DNA of 64,000 nucleotides from NCBI GenBank assembly GCA_019058245.1, contig JAHPZJ010000013.1, forward strand, positions 361,166-425,165. Direction: 5' to 3'. Made by a program: the position numbers and the translations under genes. Below the pieces are notes generated by a model, which worked only from the letters and a program-made list of their open reading frames with translations, made no database searches and had not been told where the DNA came from. Positions 51,996 through 61,856 of the stretch are shown in pieces. Position 1 is the first letter of the stretch. Each line of letters opens with the position of its first letter. The DNA is from Promethearchaeota archaeon (GTDB lineage: Archaea > Asgardarchaeota > Lokiarchaeia > Sigyniarchaeales > SOKP01).

Positions 51996-53252
51996 TTATA
52001 AAATTGTTTTCCTTATTAATTCTGAGAGGTCAAATGCTTGAATCTCATTATTTTCAATATTATTTTTGAATTGATTTAGACAGAAAGGACAACAAGATAC
52101 GATCGCTTCTGCTGTTGTTTCTTTTGCTTCCTTTATTCTTTCTTTCGCTGCAAAGGCAGAAAATTCTTTAAATGATGACCTTACACCCCCTCCCGAACCG
52201 CAACACCATGCATTATGTCTATTTCTCACCATTTCTATTAATTCAATACCAGGGATTTTTTCTAATACTTCTCTCGGTGCTTTATAAATTCCCATATGGC
52301 GCCCTATATGACAAGGATCGTGGTATGTAACTTTCATTTTCAATTCTTTGTCAAATATTAATTCTCCATTTTTTAATTTACTTCTCAAAAATTCAGGTAG
52401 ATGTTTAACATCTATTCCATGATCAAAACCAAACTTATTAGGATAAATATCTTTCCAAGTTCGGTAACACCCAGCACAAGATGTTATAATATTTTCGATT
52501 CCAGCGTTTTTAAAATAATTAATATTCTTTTCGGCTAAATTTTTAGCTTTTTCTACTTGACCTGTCATATAGACAGGAGATCCACAACATCCTTCATCAT
52601 TAAGAATTCTAAAATCAATATTTAAGGTATTTAAAATTTCTGCTGTAGCAATGGCAACAGTTTTTTCTCTATAGCTTGAAGTACAACCGACGAAATATGC
52701 TAAATTTGCATCAGGAGTCTGTTTTATATGAGAAGGTAGCCATTTAAGCCGATCTTCATGTTTTTCCATATAGGGATTTTTTTCTTCCATAATATTTTTT
52801 GTATATAGTTGTTGTTCAGGCATAGGTCCATAACCCAGTTTAACTGCTTCTTCTCTCATTGCCATTAACCATTCACCAGCAAAACTATGGATTTCTGGTA
52901 TCTGGCATTGTTCAATACAAGCCATACAAACTGAACATTGATAAAAAATCTTAGCAACTTTCTTTGTCCAATTTAATTTATTAGAGGTTAATGCCCATAC
53001 TAGAAGATTTTTCCCCCCAAGATAATATGATTCAAACTTTCCAAATTCCCCTGATGGACAAACACAAGACCAATAAGCATCTTTATATACAGTTCTGCAA
53101 GTACCACACTTTCCACACTGGTAAAATACATCTTTGTAATGTTCTAAATTCTGATATCTTTTAAGATTGTGAATTTCATATGATAATCTTGCTTGAGATA
53201 TTCCATGCCCTCTAATATATTTAACTTTTTTCTCTCTCTTTTTCTTCGCCAT
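51996..53252 (-). CDS. Fe-S oxidoreductase (HdrD/GlpC-like: 4Fe-4S plus two CCG domains)
   Basis: CGKCGTCR; CSVCMACIEQC; FVGC; CCGSP; SCAGC; YHDPCHIGR; CCGSGGG; CPFC. Confidence 0.88.
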   Translation of the reverse strand: MAKKKREKKVKYIRGHGISQARLSYEIHNLKRYQNLEHYKDVFYQCGKCGTCRTVYKDAYWSCVCPSGEFGKFESYYLGGKNLLVWALTSNKLNWTKKVAKIFYQCSVCMACIEQCQIPEIHSFAGEWLMAMREEAVKLGYGPMPEQQLYTKNIMEEKNPYMEKHEDRLKWLPSHIKQTPDANLAYFVGCTSSYREKTVAIATAEILNTLNIDFRILNDEGCCGSPVYMTGQVEKAKNLAEKNINYFKNAGIENIITSCAGCYRTWKDIYPNKFGFDHGIDVKHLPEFLRSKLKNGELIFDKELKMKVTYHDPCHIGRHMGIYKAPREVLEKIPGIELIEMVRNRHNAWCCGSGGGVRSSFKEFSAFAAKERIKEAKETTAEAIVSCCPFCLNQFKNNIENNEIQAFDLSELIRKTIL

Positions 53253-53253
53253 A

Positions 53254-54681
53254 TTAATCCTCTCCGATTCCTTGTCCTGGATTCATAATATTATTTGGAT
53301 CAAGAACTTTTTTAATTTTATTTATAAGTCTGGTAGTGGAAGGAAGTGTTTTATCTTTATAGTACTTCACCGCCCAGAGAGGGGGTTTATACATGACAAC
53401 ACCATCTAATTTTTGAACGGCTTCATGAATTTCTTGTAAAATCTTTCTTGTAGTTTTTATATCCTCAGGATCATTTTTATTGAAATTAACATTACTTCTC
53501 GCTACTACATAATGACCACCAAACATTAATCTACTATAAAACTGAGGAGGTTTTCCATATTTAAGACAAATTTCTCTAGATATGTTATAATATTTTACAA
53601 CATCTCGCGTGGAGCAATAACTTCCTATCCATTGTCCTCCACCTCCCCTAGTAAAGTTCCAAAAATTCCAATATTGGACTGGAGGTGGTTTTACTCCTTC
53701 TACACCATCTGAAGCAGATAATAATCTCATTTTACCTTCATTACATATATCGATGATAGCTTCGCATTGGGCAATATGTTGTTTTTCTGTATAAGCCTGT
53801 GTGGTAATTAGTGAAATACAATCTGGTTTTTTATCTTTAACAGCATCAATAACAACATTTTTTTCATACAATTCTTGGATTGATTGACTCCATCCAAAAT
53901 TCACAAGAAGAAGATCGCATATTCCTAGACCTGCTTTAGAAAGTTTAAGTAGGACTGGAAACCCTTGATCAACTGTACGAGCAAATCCTGTATAATCTTC
54001 CCTAAATGGTAATTTTGGCCACAATTTTATCGAAGCTTTTGTTACTATACCTGTTGAACCTTCCCACCCTATAAATAATCCCGCTAAATCAGGTAAAGGC
54101 TGTCTACCATACCAATAGTTTGAAAGACTACATGAACCGACTTTAATTAAATCACCAGACCCAAGTACGACCTCTAAACCATTTATAAACTCAGCACCTG
54201 AACCCCCAATCATCCCAAGATCAAACATTCCATAACATAAGCATGATGGAATAACTCCTGTCCCAGGAGGAGACCAAGTTATCCCTGCTCTTAAATTCGG
54301 ATGATATTTCTCGAGAAAACCTTGTAAACCTGCCCATGTAATTCCTCCCTCAATTACAGCATACATATCATCTTCATTCACTTCAAGTACTCGATTTAAT
54401 CGCCTTAAATCAACAACAATCCCTCCTTTTCGAGGAGTTGCAATAGAACCAAAATTAATTCCAGTGACCCATGGAACTATTGGAATTTTATATTTATTAG
54501 CAATCTTGACAATTTCTTGTACTTCTTCAGCAGAACCAGGAATAATCACAATATCACATCTGCCCTCTGGTTCAGCAGTAATAAAATCATAATGATAAAG
54601 ATAGGTTAGTTCAGGTTGATCGGAAACATATCTTTCTCCAACTACAATTTCCAATTCCGAAATAATTTCATTATTGCTCAA
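53254..54681 (-). CDS. FAD-binding oxidoreductase (GlcD/VAO-type fold), partner of the Fe-S protein
   Basis: P.SAEEVQEIVK.AN; IVVDLRRLNRVLEVNE; GLEVVL..G; GLFIGWEGSTGIVT; IKKVLDPNNIMNPG. Confidence 0.88.
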   Translation of the reverse strand: MSNNEIISELEIVVGERYVSDQPELTYLYHYDFITAEPEGRCDIVIIPGSAEEVQEIVKIANKYKIPIVPWVTGINFGSIATPRKGGIVVDLRRLNRVLEVNEDDMYAVIEGGITWAGLQGFLEKYHPNLRAGITWSPPGTGVIPSCLCYGMFDLGMIGGSGAEFINGLEVVLGSGDLIKVGSCSLSNYWYGRQPLPDLAGLFIGWEGSTGIVTKASIKLWPKLPFREDYTGFARTVDQGFPVLLKLSKAGLGICDLLLVNFGWSQSIQELYEKNVVIDAVKDKKPDCISLITTQAYTEKQHIAQCEAIIDICNEGKMRLLSASDGVEGVKPPPVQYWNFWNFTRGGGGQWIGSYCSTRDVVKYYNISREICLKYGKPPQFYSRLMFGGHYVVARSNVNFNKNDPEDIKTTRKILQEIHEAVQKLDGVVMYKPPLWAVKYYKDKTLPSTTRLINKIKKVLDPNNIMNPGQGIGED

Positions 54682-54940
54682 TTTTATATCACCTATAGTG
54701 AGATAGATATTGATTTTTTGATAAATAATGGATATTATATTAACAAAAAATAAAATAACATTAAGTATTACAATTATGACTTATATTTTCCAATGATATA
54801 AATATTCATTATTTGAATTCAAAAATTTTATCAAATTTTGATCTCTAAATCATTATTATTCATCAAAACAATATTATACAAAAATAGAACAAATATTTAA
54901 AATTTAATTTAAAAAAAAATGGTTTATTTAAATAATCCCA

Positions 54941-55510
54941 TTATTTTATTTCGATTTTCTTCTTTTCTGGTTGTACAGGTTCAACTTTGGGGATAGTAAC
55001 TGTTAAAATTCCTTTATCCAATGATGCATCGATTTTGTCTTTATCAATATTTTCAGGCATACTAAAGCATCGATAATAACTTGAAGAATGATATTCTCTC
55101 CTAACTAATTCTCCTTCTTTCTCTTCCTTTTTCTCTTCTTTTATTTCTCCTTTAATTTCTAAATTACCATCTTGGATTGAAATCTCAATATCACCTTTTT
55201 CAAGCCCAGGTAATTCAGCACTAATTTTGAAAGAATCTTCAGTTTCTGTTATATTTGATAACGGAGTTCTAAAAATTGGTTCCTCATCTCTTATAATCAA
55301 GGAAAAAGGTCTACGACGTCTTCTTCCAAATGGCCAATTCCAATCATCAAAAAAATTTCGTTGCATATCATTGAATAAGCGATCCATTTCTTGAAATAAA
55401 GAAAATGGACTTTCCCTTCTTACAGTAATCTCTCTTGATTTTTGATCTTCTTTTTTCTCTTCCTCACTTTTTTCCTTTTTCTTAATATCAATTTTATCTT
55501 TTTCAGCCAT
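54941..55510 (-). CDS. hsp20: Small heat-shock protein, Hsp20/alpha-crystallin family
   Basis: AELPGLEK.DI.I; RRE....YYR.F.MPE; A....GILTVTIPK. GAGGTG SD before ATG 55510. Confidence 0.93.
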   Translation of the reverse strand: MAEKDKIDIKKKEKSEEEKKEDQKSREITVRRESPFSLFQEMDRLFNDMQRNFFDDWNWPFGRRRRRPFSLIIRDEEPIFRTPLSNITETEDSFKISAELPGLEKGDIEISIQDGNLEIKGEIKEEKKEEKEGELVRREYHSSSYYRCFSMPENIDKDKIDASLDKGILTVTIPKVEPVQPEKKKIEIK

Positions 55511-55561
55511 TAAATCCACCTCTTATTTCAGTTTTTAATAATAATATATTATATGATTTTA

Positions 55562-55623
55562 TGTCAATCAATGATTGACAATACTTGATTACATAATATC
55601 AATTGACATATATAAATCTTTCG
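55562..55623 (-). promoter_or_regulatory. hsp20 promoter with palindromic operator(s)
   Basis: On the minus strand, CGAAAG-ATTTATATA (BRE/TATA) is directly followed by TGTCAATTGATA. A perfect 9-1-9 palindrome TGTCAATCA-A-TGATTGACA lies at 55562-80. Confidence 0.6.
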
Positions 55624-55893
55624 TTTTTTTCATCTAAATGAGATTTTACCTGTTATTACTCTTCAATATTATGGAGGATATATAACGAAGTATATATCAT
55701 CAAAAATATTTTGTAAAGTTAATTTATTTTGTCAATTCAGAAATTGATATTACTAATCTAAAGGACTATTTAATTAAAGATAACTTTATCGGATTTAATA
55801 AGATCCTATTACTATCTAAATATAAAAATAAAAATCTTTAATATAGAAAAAAATATTATAAAGAATGCTTGAAAATTAATGATGTAGATAAAA

Positions 55894-56685
55894 ATGGAAT
55901 ATAAATTCATAAAAGTAGAAAAAAAAGAACATATAACAATTGTTACATTAAATAGACCAGAGGTATTGAATGCAATTCACCCTTATATATCACTAGAACT
56001 AGGTCATGTGATTAATGAATTTGAGGTTGAAACTAATGCATGGGTTGCAATTATAACAGGCGCAGGGGAAAAAGCGTTTTCTGCTGGTTTTGATTTAAAA
56101 TGGGCTGCAGCAACTAGTGTTGAAGAACAGAGAACAGCTTATGAAGAGGTAAGAAAGCAGAATGCTTCTTTAATAAGAAATTTTAAAATTACCAAACCCT
56201 TAATCGCTGCAATAAATGGTCTTGCCTATGGAGCAGGTTTTGAGCTTGCTTTAAGTTGTGACCTTATTATTGCCGCTAATCACGTTACTTTTTGCTTACC
56301 AGAACCTGTAGTAGGGAGAATTCCTTCAGGAGGCGGAATTCATCGATTAGTCAGATACCTTCCTTACCATCTAGCAATGGAAATTCTCCTTACACGTAAA
56401 AGAATCACTGCTCAAGAAGGTCTACAATATGGTTTTGTAAACCAAGTAGTTCCTTTCAATCAATTAATAGATGAAGCAGAAAAAATCGCAAATCTCATAA
56501 TGGAAGGTTCTCCTCTGGCAATCCGAACAATCAAACAAATGGCTATTGAAGGGCTCCAAATGTCTTTAAAAGAAGCTCTTTTTGCAAGTTTTCCACTTTA
56601 CACGAAATTTCTTCAGTCTTATGATTTTAGAGAAGGCCCAAAAGCCTTTAGTGAAAAAAGAAAACCTGTTTGGAAGGGAGAATAA
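55894..56685 (+). CDS. Enoyl-CoA hydratase/isomerase (crotonase family)
   Basis: LNRPEVLNAI; AFSAGFDL; KPLIAAING.AYGAGFELAL; LPE; EGPKAFSEKRKP.W. Confidence 0.92.
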   Translation: MEYKFIKVEKKEHITIVTLNRPEVLNAIHPYISLELGHVINEFEVETNAWVAIITGAGEKAFSAGFDLKWAAATSVEEQRTAYEEVRKQNASLIRNFKITKPLIAAINGLAYGAGFELALSCDLIIAANHVTFCLPEPVVGRIPSGGGIHRLVRYLPYHLAMEILLTRKRITAQEGLQYGFVNQVVPFNQLIDEAEKIANLIMEGSPLAIRTIKQMAIEGLQMSLKEALFASFPLYTKFLQSYDFREGPKAFSEKRKPVWKGE

Positions 56686-56888
56686 TTTTAAACTAATTTG
56701 AAGTAAATCTTCTCTTTTCTTTTTATCTGTTTTATAAATAGTCAAGTTACTATTTTCTAAATAAATTTATTTTAAATTAAAGTTAATAACAGAAGAATTC
56801 TTCAATAACTTTAATAAAGCTATAAATTTTCAAATAACAGAATTATTAATAAAAAAATTAAGTTATCAAAAATCTATTGGTAGATAGT

Positions 56889-59204
56889 ATGGTAAGTCAA
56901 GATGAAAATGTAGAGGAAGAAGGAATTAAAATAGTAAGATCTAGTTCTGCATTTGATTGTGGAGGTCGATGCCCTTTAAGATTTCATGTTAAAGATGGAA
57001 AGGTGATACGAGTAGAAGGTGATGATTTTCCAGATCCAGACAAACAACTTAGAACATGTTTAAGATGTAGAGCAATTAGACAGTATATCTATCATCCAGA
57101 GAGATTAAGATATCCATTAAGAAGAGCTGGTCCTAAGGGTTCTGGGAAATTTGAAAGAATTTCATGGGATGAAGCTTATGATATTATCGCAGAAAAACTA
57201 AAAGAAACTATAGAAAAATATGGAAATCAAAGTATATTATTGGTTACTGGAGGAGGTTATCTTGCAGCACTACATACTCCAGGAGCGGCTTATTCTAGAT
57301 TATTAAACCAATTAGGTGGATTTTCATCATTTTATGGTAATATTTCTTCCCAAGGAGCAATTTTTGGAACTCAGGCATCATATGGTTTTGGACAGATCTT
57401 TGTTGGTAACAGTCGGGAGGATTGGATGAATACAAAATTAATTATATGCTGGGGTTGGGATCCTGCACGTCAGATTTCAGGAACAAATACATTGTGGTGG
57501 TTAATTAAAGCAAGAGAAAATGGCGTAAAAGTGATTGTTATTGATCCACGCTATTCGGATACTGCCTTAGTAGCTGCTGATCAATGGATCCCAATAATTC
57601 CCGGAACGGATACAGCTATGATGGCTGCTGTCGCACATGTAATTCTTAGAGAAAATCTGCAAGATCAAGAATTTCTCGACAAATATACTCATGGTTTTGA
57701 TAAATATAAAGCATATGTAATGGGAGATGAGGATGGAATTCCTAAAACACCAGAGTGGGCTGAAAAGATATGTGGAGTGAAAGCATCTGTCATAGAAGAT
57801 TTAGCAATTGAATATGCTACAACCAAGCCTGCTGCGTTAGAAGATTGTCAAGGTCCTGCCCGTTCAGCTATGGGAGGGCAATATAATCGAGGTGCTATAA
57901 CACTCTCTGCAATGACGGGAAATATTGGAAAACATGGTGGTAGTGCCTGTGGTGGTCTTCACGGGATTCCATATGGCCATATGTTTAGAGGAATAATAAT
58001 TCCATCTGGTACAAATAAAGCTTATCCAAAAGGTAAGTCTTTAAGAGGCAATATTAATCCTAGAGATCGTTTAGACACTAGAATGCATGTAAATAAAATC
58101 TTTGATGCAATTCTAAACGGAAAATCAGGAGGTTATCCTTCAGATATAAAGTTTGCCTGGTTCTGTCAATGCGATTTCCTCAATCAGATAGGAAATACTA
58201 ATAAATCAGCAAAAGCTATGAGCCGAGAGGATTTGTTTACCGTAGTTCCAGAACTATGGTTAACACCCACTGCTCAATATGCCGACATCGTCCTTCCTGT
58301 GACGGGATTTCCTGCAAGGAGTGACCTTTCAAGACCTTGGCCCTCAGGACCTTATTTTGGTTACATGAATAAAGCAATCGAACCCATAGGTGAATGTAAG
58401 GATGATATACAAATAGCAGAAGAATTAGCTGAAAGACTGGGGATTAAAAATTTCAAAAGAGAAGAACTTCTTGATCAGTTTTTAAACAATCCTCAATTAG
58501 CTCCAGCAAAACCTCTTATAGATAAATACGATGATATTAATGATAAATGGCTTCGTTTATTAGCTGTTATGGCTCAAGATCTACGAACGAATATAAAAGA
58601 TTATGAGAAGTATAAAAGAGAAGGGATCCATAGAGTTGAGCTTAAAGAACCTTATGTTGCATTCAAAAAGAATATAGATGATTTGGAAAACAATCCTTTC
58701 CCAACACCTTCGGGAAAGATAGAAATATATTCTGATCAGATTGCGAGTTGGAATAGACCTCTATGTCCTCCAATTGCAAAATATATACCAACATGGGAAA
58801 ATCGTGATGATCCATTAGTAGAAAAATATCCCCTTCAATTAATTTCACCTCATCCAAGGCAACGGGTGCATTCAGAATTATATAAGATCGAATGGTTAAT
58901 GGAAGCAATTCCACACAGAATGTGGATAAATCCAGTTGACGCTGAACTTCGAGGTGTTAGAAATGGTGATATGTGTTTAGTCTTTAATGATAGAGGAACT
59001 GTAGCAATTGAAGCTTTTGTAACGAAAAGAATTATACCTAGAGTAGTATGCATTTATGAAGGTGCATGGTATAACCCAGATGAGAACGGAATTGATAGGG
59101 GTGGATGTCCAAATACCCTAACTAAGGATGCCATGGCCGAGGGAGGTGCCGCTGCATTAAAAACCTGTTTAGTTCAAGTTAAATTGGAAAAAGGAGATGA
59201 TTAA
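56889..59204 (+). CDS. Mo/W-bisPGD oxidoreductase catalytic subunit (DmsA-like, no Tat signal)
   Basis: DCGGRC...CLR; RLRYPLRR...F.RISWDEA; IDPRYSDT; PGTD.A; TPSGKIEI; RVHS; WINP.DA. Track starts at TTG 56877. Confidence 0.9.
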   Translation: MVSQDENVEEEGIKIVRSSSAFDCGGRCPLRFHVKDGKVIRVEGDDFPDPDKQLRTCLRCRAIRQYIYHPERLRYPLRRAGPKGSGKFERISWDEAYDIIAEKLKETIEKYGNQSILLVTGGGYLAALHTPGAAYSRLLNQLGGFSSFYGNISSQGAIFGTQASYGFGQIFVGNSREDWMNTKLIICWGWDPARQISGTNTLWWLIKARENGVKVIVIDPRYSDTALVAADQWIPIIPGTDTAMMAAVAHVILRENLQDQEFLDKYTHGFDKYKAYVMGDEDGIPKTPEWAEKICGVKASVIEDLAIEYATTKPAALEDCQGPARSAMGGQYNRGAITLSAMTGNIGKHGGSACGGLHGIPYGHMFRGIIIPSGTNKAYPKGKSLRGNINPRDRLDTRMHVNKIFDAILNGKSGGYPSDIKFAWFCQCDFLNQIGNTNKSAKAMSREDLFTVVPELWLTPTAQYADIVLPVTGFPARSDLSRPWPSGPYFGYMNKAIEPIGECKDDIQIAEELAERLGIKNFKREELLDQFLNNPQLAPAKPLIDKYDDINDKWLRLLAVMAQDLRTNIKDYEKYKREGIHRVELKEPYVAFKKNIDDLENNPFPTPSGKIEIYSDQIASWNRPLCPPIAKYIPTWENRDDPLVEKYPLQLISPHPRQRVHSELYKIEWLMEAIPHRMWINPVDAELRGVRNGDMCLVFNDRGTVAIEAFVTKRIIPRVVCIYEGAWYNPDENGIDRGGCPNTLTKDAMAEGGAAALKTCLVQVKLEKGDD

Positions 59205-59206
59205 AG

Positions 59207-61213
59207 TTGCAAGTTGGATTTTATTTTGACCAAACGAGATGTACAGGTTGTAACGCATGCAGAATAGCTTGTAAGGATTGGCATGACCAGCCTTCAGGTC
59301 TAGCATCTTGGATGAGAATTAATTACCATGAAGAAGGTCCCTTTCCTAATATCTTAGCTAGTTATCTTATCTCAAACTGTTATCATTGTGAAGAACCAGT
59401 ATGTTCATACATTTGTCCTAATGAAGCAATTACTAAACGCGAGAAAGATGGTATTGTAATTGTTGATAAAGAAAAATGCCGCGAGGAACATTCTTGTGGT
59501 ATAATATCAAAAGAAGCCATGGGTCCTAATTACCTTTATGGTGAATCTGAAGCACCCTGTCAAATAGCTTGTCCTGTTCACCTTCATATCCCTGCTTATA
59601 CTGCATTAATCGCAAAAGGAAGATTTAAAGAATCACTAAATTTAATTAGGCGTAGGATGCCGCTACCTTCCGTTTGCGGTCGTGTATGCTTGCATCCGTG
59701 TGAAGAAGTCTGTAGTCGAAAAGAAGTGGATCAAGCTATTGCTATTGAAGCTCTTAAAGGTTTTGTGTCCGATAATGTTCCTATCGAACTTCCAAAACGT
59801 CTTCCACAAACACAATCAGATAAGGTAGCTATTATTGGCTCTGGTCCTGCTGGTTTAGGTGCAGCTTATGATTTAATAAGATTAGGATATGGTGTAACCA
59901 TTTTTGAAGCATTTTCCAAGGTTGGAGGGATGCTAACATTGGGGATCCCAGAACACCGTTTACCTCGTGATATTCTCAATCGTGATATTGATTACATTAA
60001 GGCTCTTGGTGTTGAAATTAAAACTAATAGCCCTGTTGATTTAAATTCTGGGTTAGATGACCTTTTGAATCAAGGTTTTGGTGCTGTACTAATAGCAATT
60101 GGTGCTCATAAAGGAAAGAGACTCGATATTCCTGGTGCAGATTTGGAGGGAAATCTAGTAGGAACTTCATTCATGCGAGATGTCAATCTTGGTAAAGAAG
60201 TAAAATTGGGTAATAAAGTTCTTGTAATCGGAGGTGGTAATGTTGCCATGGATTGTGCTCGTACTGCTCGTCGACTTGGAGTTTCTGAAGTAGGCGTTTC
60301 GTGTCTTGAATGTTGTGATGATATGCCTGCAGATGTTTCTGAAGTTGAACAAGCTCGTGAGGAGGGAATTGAGATCTATGATTCACGCACTTTTACAAAA
60401 ATTCTAAGTAATAAAGGAAGAATAACTGGAGTAAGTTGTCTTGAAATTACAGGATGTACCTTTGATGAAAATGGAAAAGCACATTTTGATGTTGTTGGTG
60501 AAGAAGAACAAATACTTGAAGCTGATACCATTATTTTCGCAATTGGTCAAACTCCTGATATTGAGAACAACGAGAAAATAAAGCTTAGTGCAATGGGAAC
60601 AATTGAAGCAGATTTGGAAACTATGATGCTTGATAACAAGGGAATCTTTGTAGCTGGAGACTGCTTTAGTGGTATAGCAAGTATAATAGATGCAATAGCT
60701 AGTGGACAAAAAGCAGCTTCAACAATAAGTCGTTTTCTTCAAGGTGATGTGCTTCGAGTCAGACCTCAACCAATTATCAAGGCAAGTGATATAAAATTAG
60801 AGATCCCTCCAGAAACTCAAAAACAGGATCGCCAACCAATGCCTTTATTATCCCCCTCCGAAAGAGTTTCTAATTTTAAAGAAGTTACTCTAGGTTTTAC
60901 AGAAGAAGCTGCGATTGCTGAAGCTGAACGATGCCTCAATTGCGCTGGACATCTATGTAAAGATGTTTGTCCATACTCTGCACCTCAGTTTGTTGAAGAA
61001 GGGAAAGCTAGAATGCAAAAGTGTAATTATTGTGTTGATCGATTTGATATTGGGAAATTACCTATATGTGTTGAAGCTTGTTATGCACGAGCTCTTGATT
61101 CAGATACTTTAGAAGAATTAAAAGCGAAATATGGAGATGTCCAAATAGCTCATGGATTTAAATATTCTGATGGAATAAAACCTGCAATAATATTCAAGTC
61201 AAAACAGAAATAA
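59207..61213 (+). CDS. DmsB-like Fe-S protein with an inserted GltD/NfnB-like NAD(P)/FAD oxidoreductase domain
   Basis: N-terminal GFYFDQTRCTGC.AC..AC and CYHC..P.C..ICP; middle APCQIACP, CGRVC.HPCE..C, GSGPAGL, GGGNVA.D, EAERCLNC; C-terminal C..VCPY.AP, KC.YC, P.CV.AC..RAL. Confidence 0.88.
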   Translation: MQVGFYFDQTRCTGCNACRIACKDWHDQPSGLASWMRINYHEEGPFPNILASYLISNCYHCEEPVCSYICPNEAITKREKDGIVIVDKEKCREEHSCGIISKEAMGPNYLYGESEAPCQIACPVHLHIPAYTALIAKGRFKESLNLIRRRMPLPSVCGRVCLHPCEEVCSRKEVDQAIAIEALKGFVSDNVPIELPKRLPQTQSDKVAIIGSGPAGLGAAYDLIRLGYGVTIFEAFSKVGGMLTLGIPEHRLPRDILNRDIDYIKALGVEIKTNSPVDLNSGLDDLLNQGFGAVLIAIGAHKGKRLDIPGADLEGNLVGTSFMRDVNLGKEVKLGNKVLVIGGGNVAMDCARTARRLGVSEVGVSCLECCDDMPADVSEVEQAREEGIEIYDSRTFTKILSNKGRITGVSCLEITGCTFDENGKAHFDVVGEEEQILEADTIIFAIGQTPDIENNEKIKLSAMGTIEADLETMMLDNKGIFVAGDCFSGIASIIDAIASGQKAASTISRFLQGDVLRVRPQPIIKASDIKLEIPPETQKQDRQPMPLLSPSERVSNFKEVTLGFTEEAAIAEAERCLNCAGHLCKDVCPYSAPQFVEEGKARMQKCNYCVDRFDIGKLPICVEACYARALDSDTLEELKAKYGDVQIAHGFKYSDGIKPAIIFKSKQK

Positions 61214-61856
61214 TCAAATACAGAATAATTTTATAAATAAAAAAAGAATTGTGTAGTCTTTCAACTCTCTTCGTTTATAAAATCATTCTACTGGCTTTTT
61301 TTTATCATTTAATTTTAATTAATAAATATCCAATATTTATTGCACAAATCGGGAACGTGATAAAATCCCGTTTGAATCCAAGCAGTCCCAACCATAATTG
61401 GGTGAGATTTTACGATTTTTTAACTATAGCGGGATAATTTCTTTCAAGACTTCTAAAGTAATTCAAAAGGCATTACTCATGAAGTATGTCTTGAACTCGA
61501 TGACGAGAGACCAATCTGATAACCTTAAGGATGATCTTTCCTCTTAAGGAAAGATTGATGATTGGCATAAATAATGGAATTTTCGAGAAATTATTAATTG
61601 TTTATAAATAATTCGAAAGTTGTTTATAAAATTTACCAATATTAGAACTAAAAATGGGTTAATGGGATTATCACTTGAACATTCACTTGGTAGAGTAATA
61701 TAGATAAATTTTAAATTCGCAAGGATCGAAGAATAGATAGTTATAAAAAAAATTTATTGAATAAATATTTCATAGAATTGATTTACGACTTACATATTAA
61801 TACTTAAATCAAAAAATCAACTAGATAAATTAATTTACATGAAAATCTAACATACT

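Noticed and set aside
1974-61112. Short antisense or overlapping ORFs in the track (e.g. 1974..2174, 8545..8823, 19545..19916, 24662..25015, 28626..28970, 48319..48849, 51377..51790, 60404..60709)
   Set aside because: They lie within well-supported genes, have shadow-ORF composition and carry no motifs.
61249-61437. 62-aa ORF after the Fe-S flavoprotein
   Set aside because: No recognisable features; it may be chance or part of a decayed gene.
61531-61560. Eukaryote-like SECIS (AUGA...AAG...UGA hairpin)
   Set aside because: The helix is too short for SECIS geometry and no upstream gene has an in-frame TGA.
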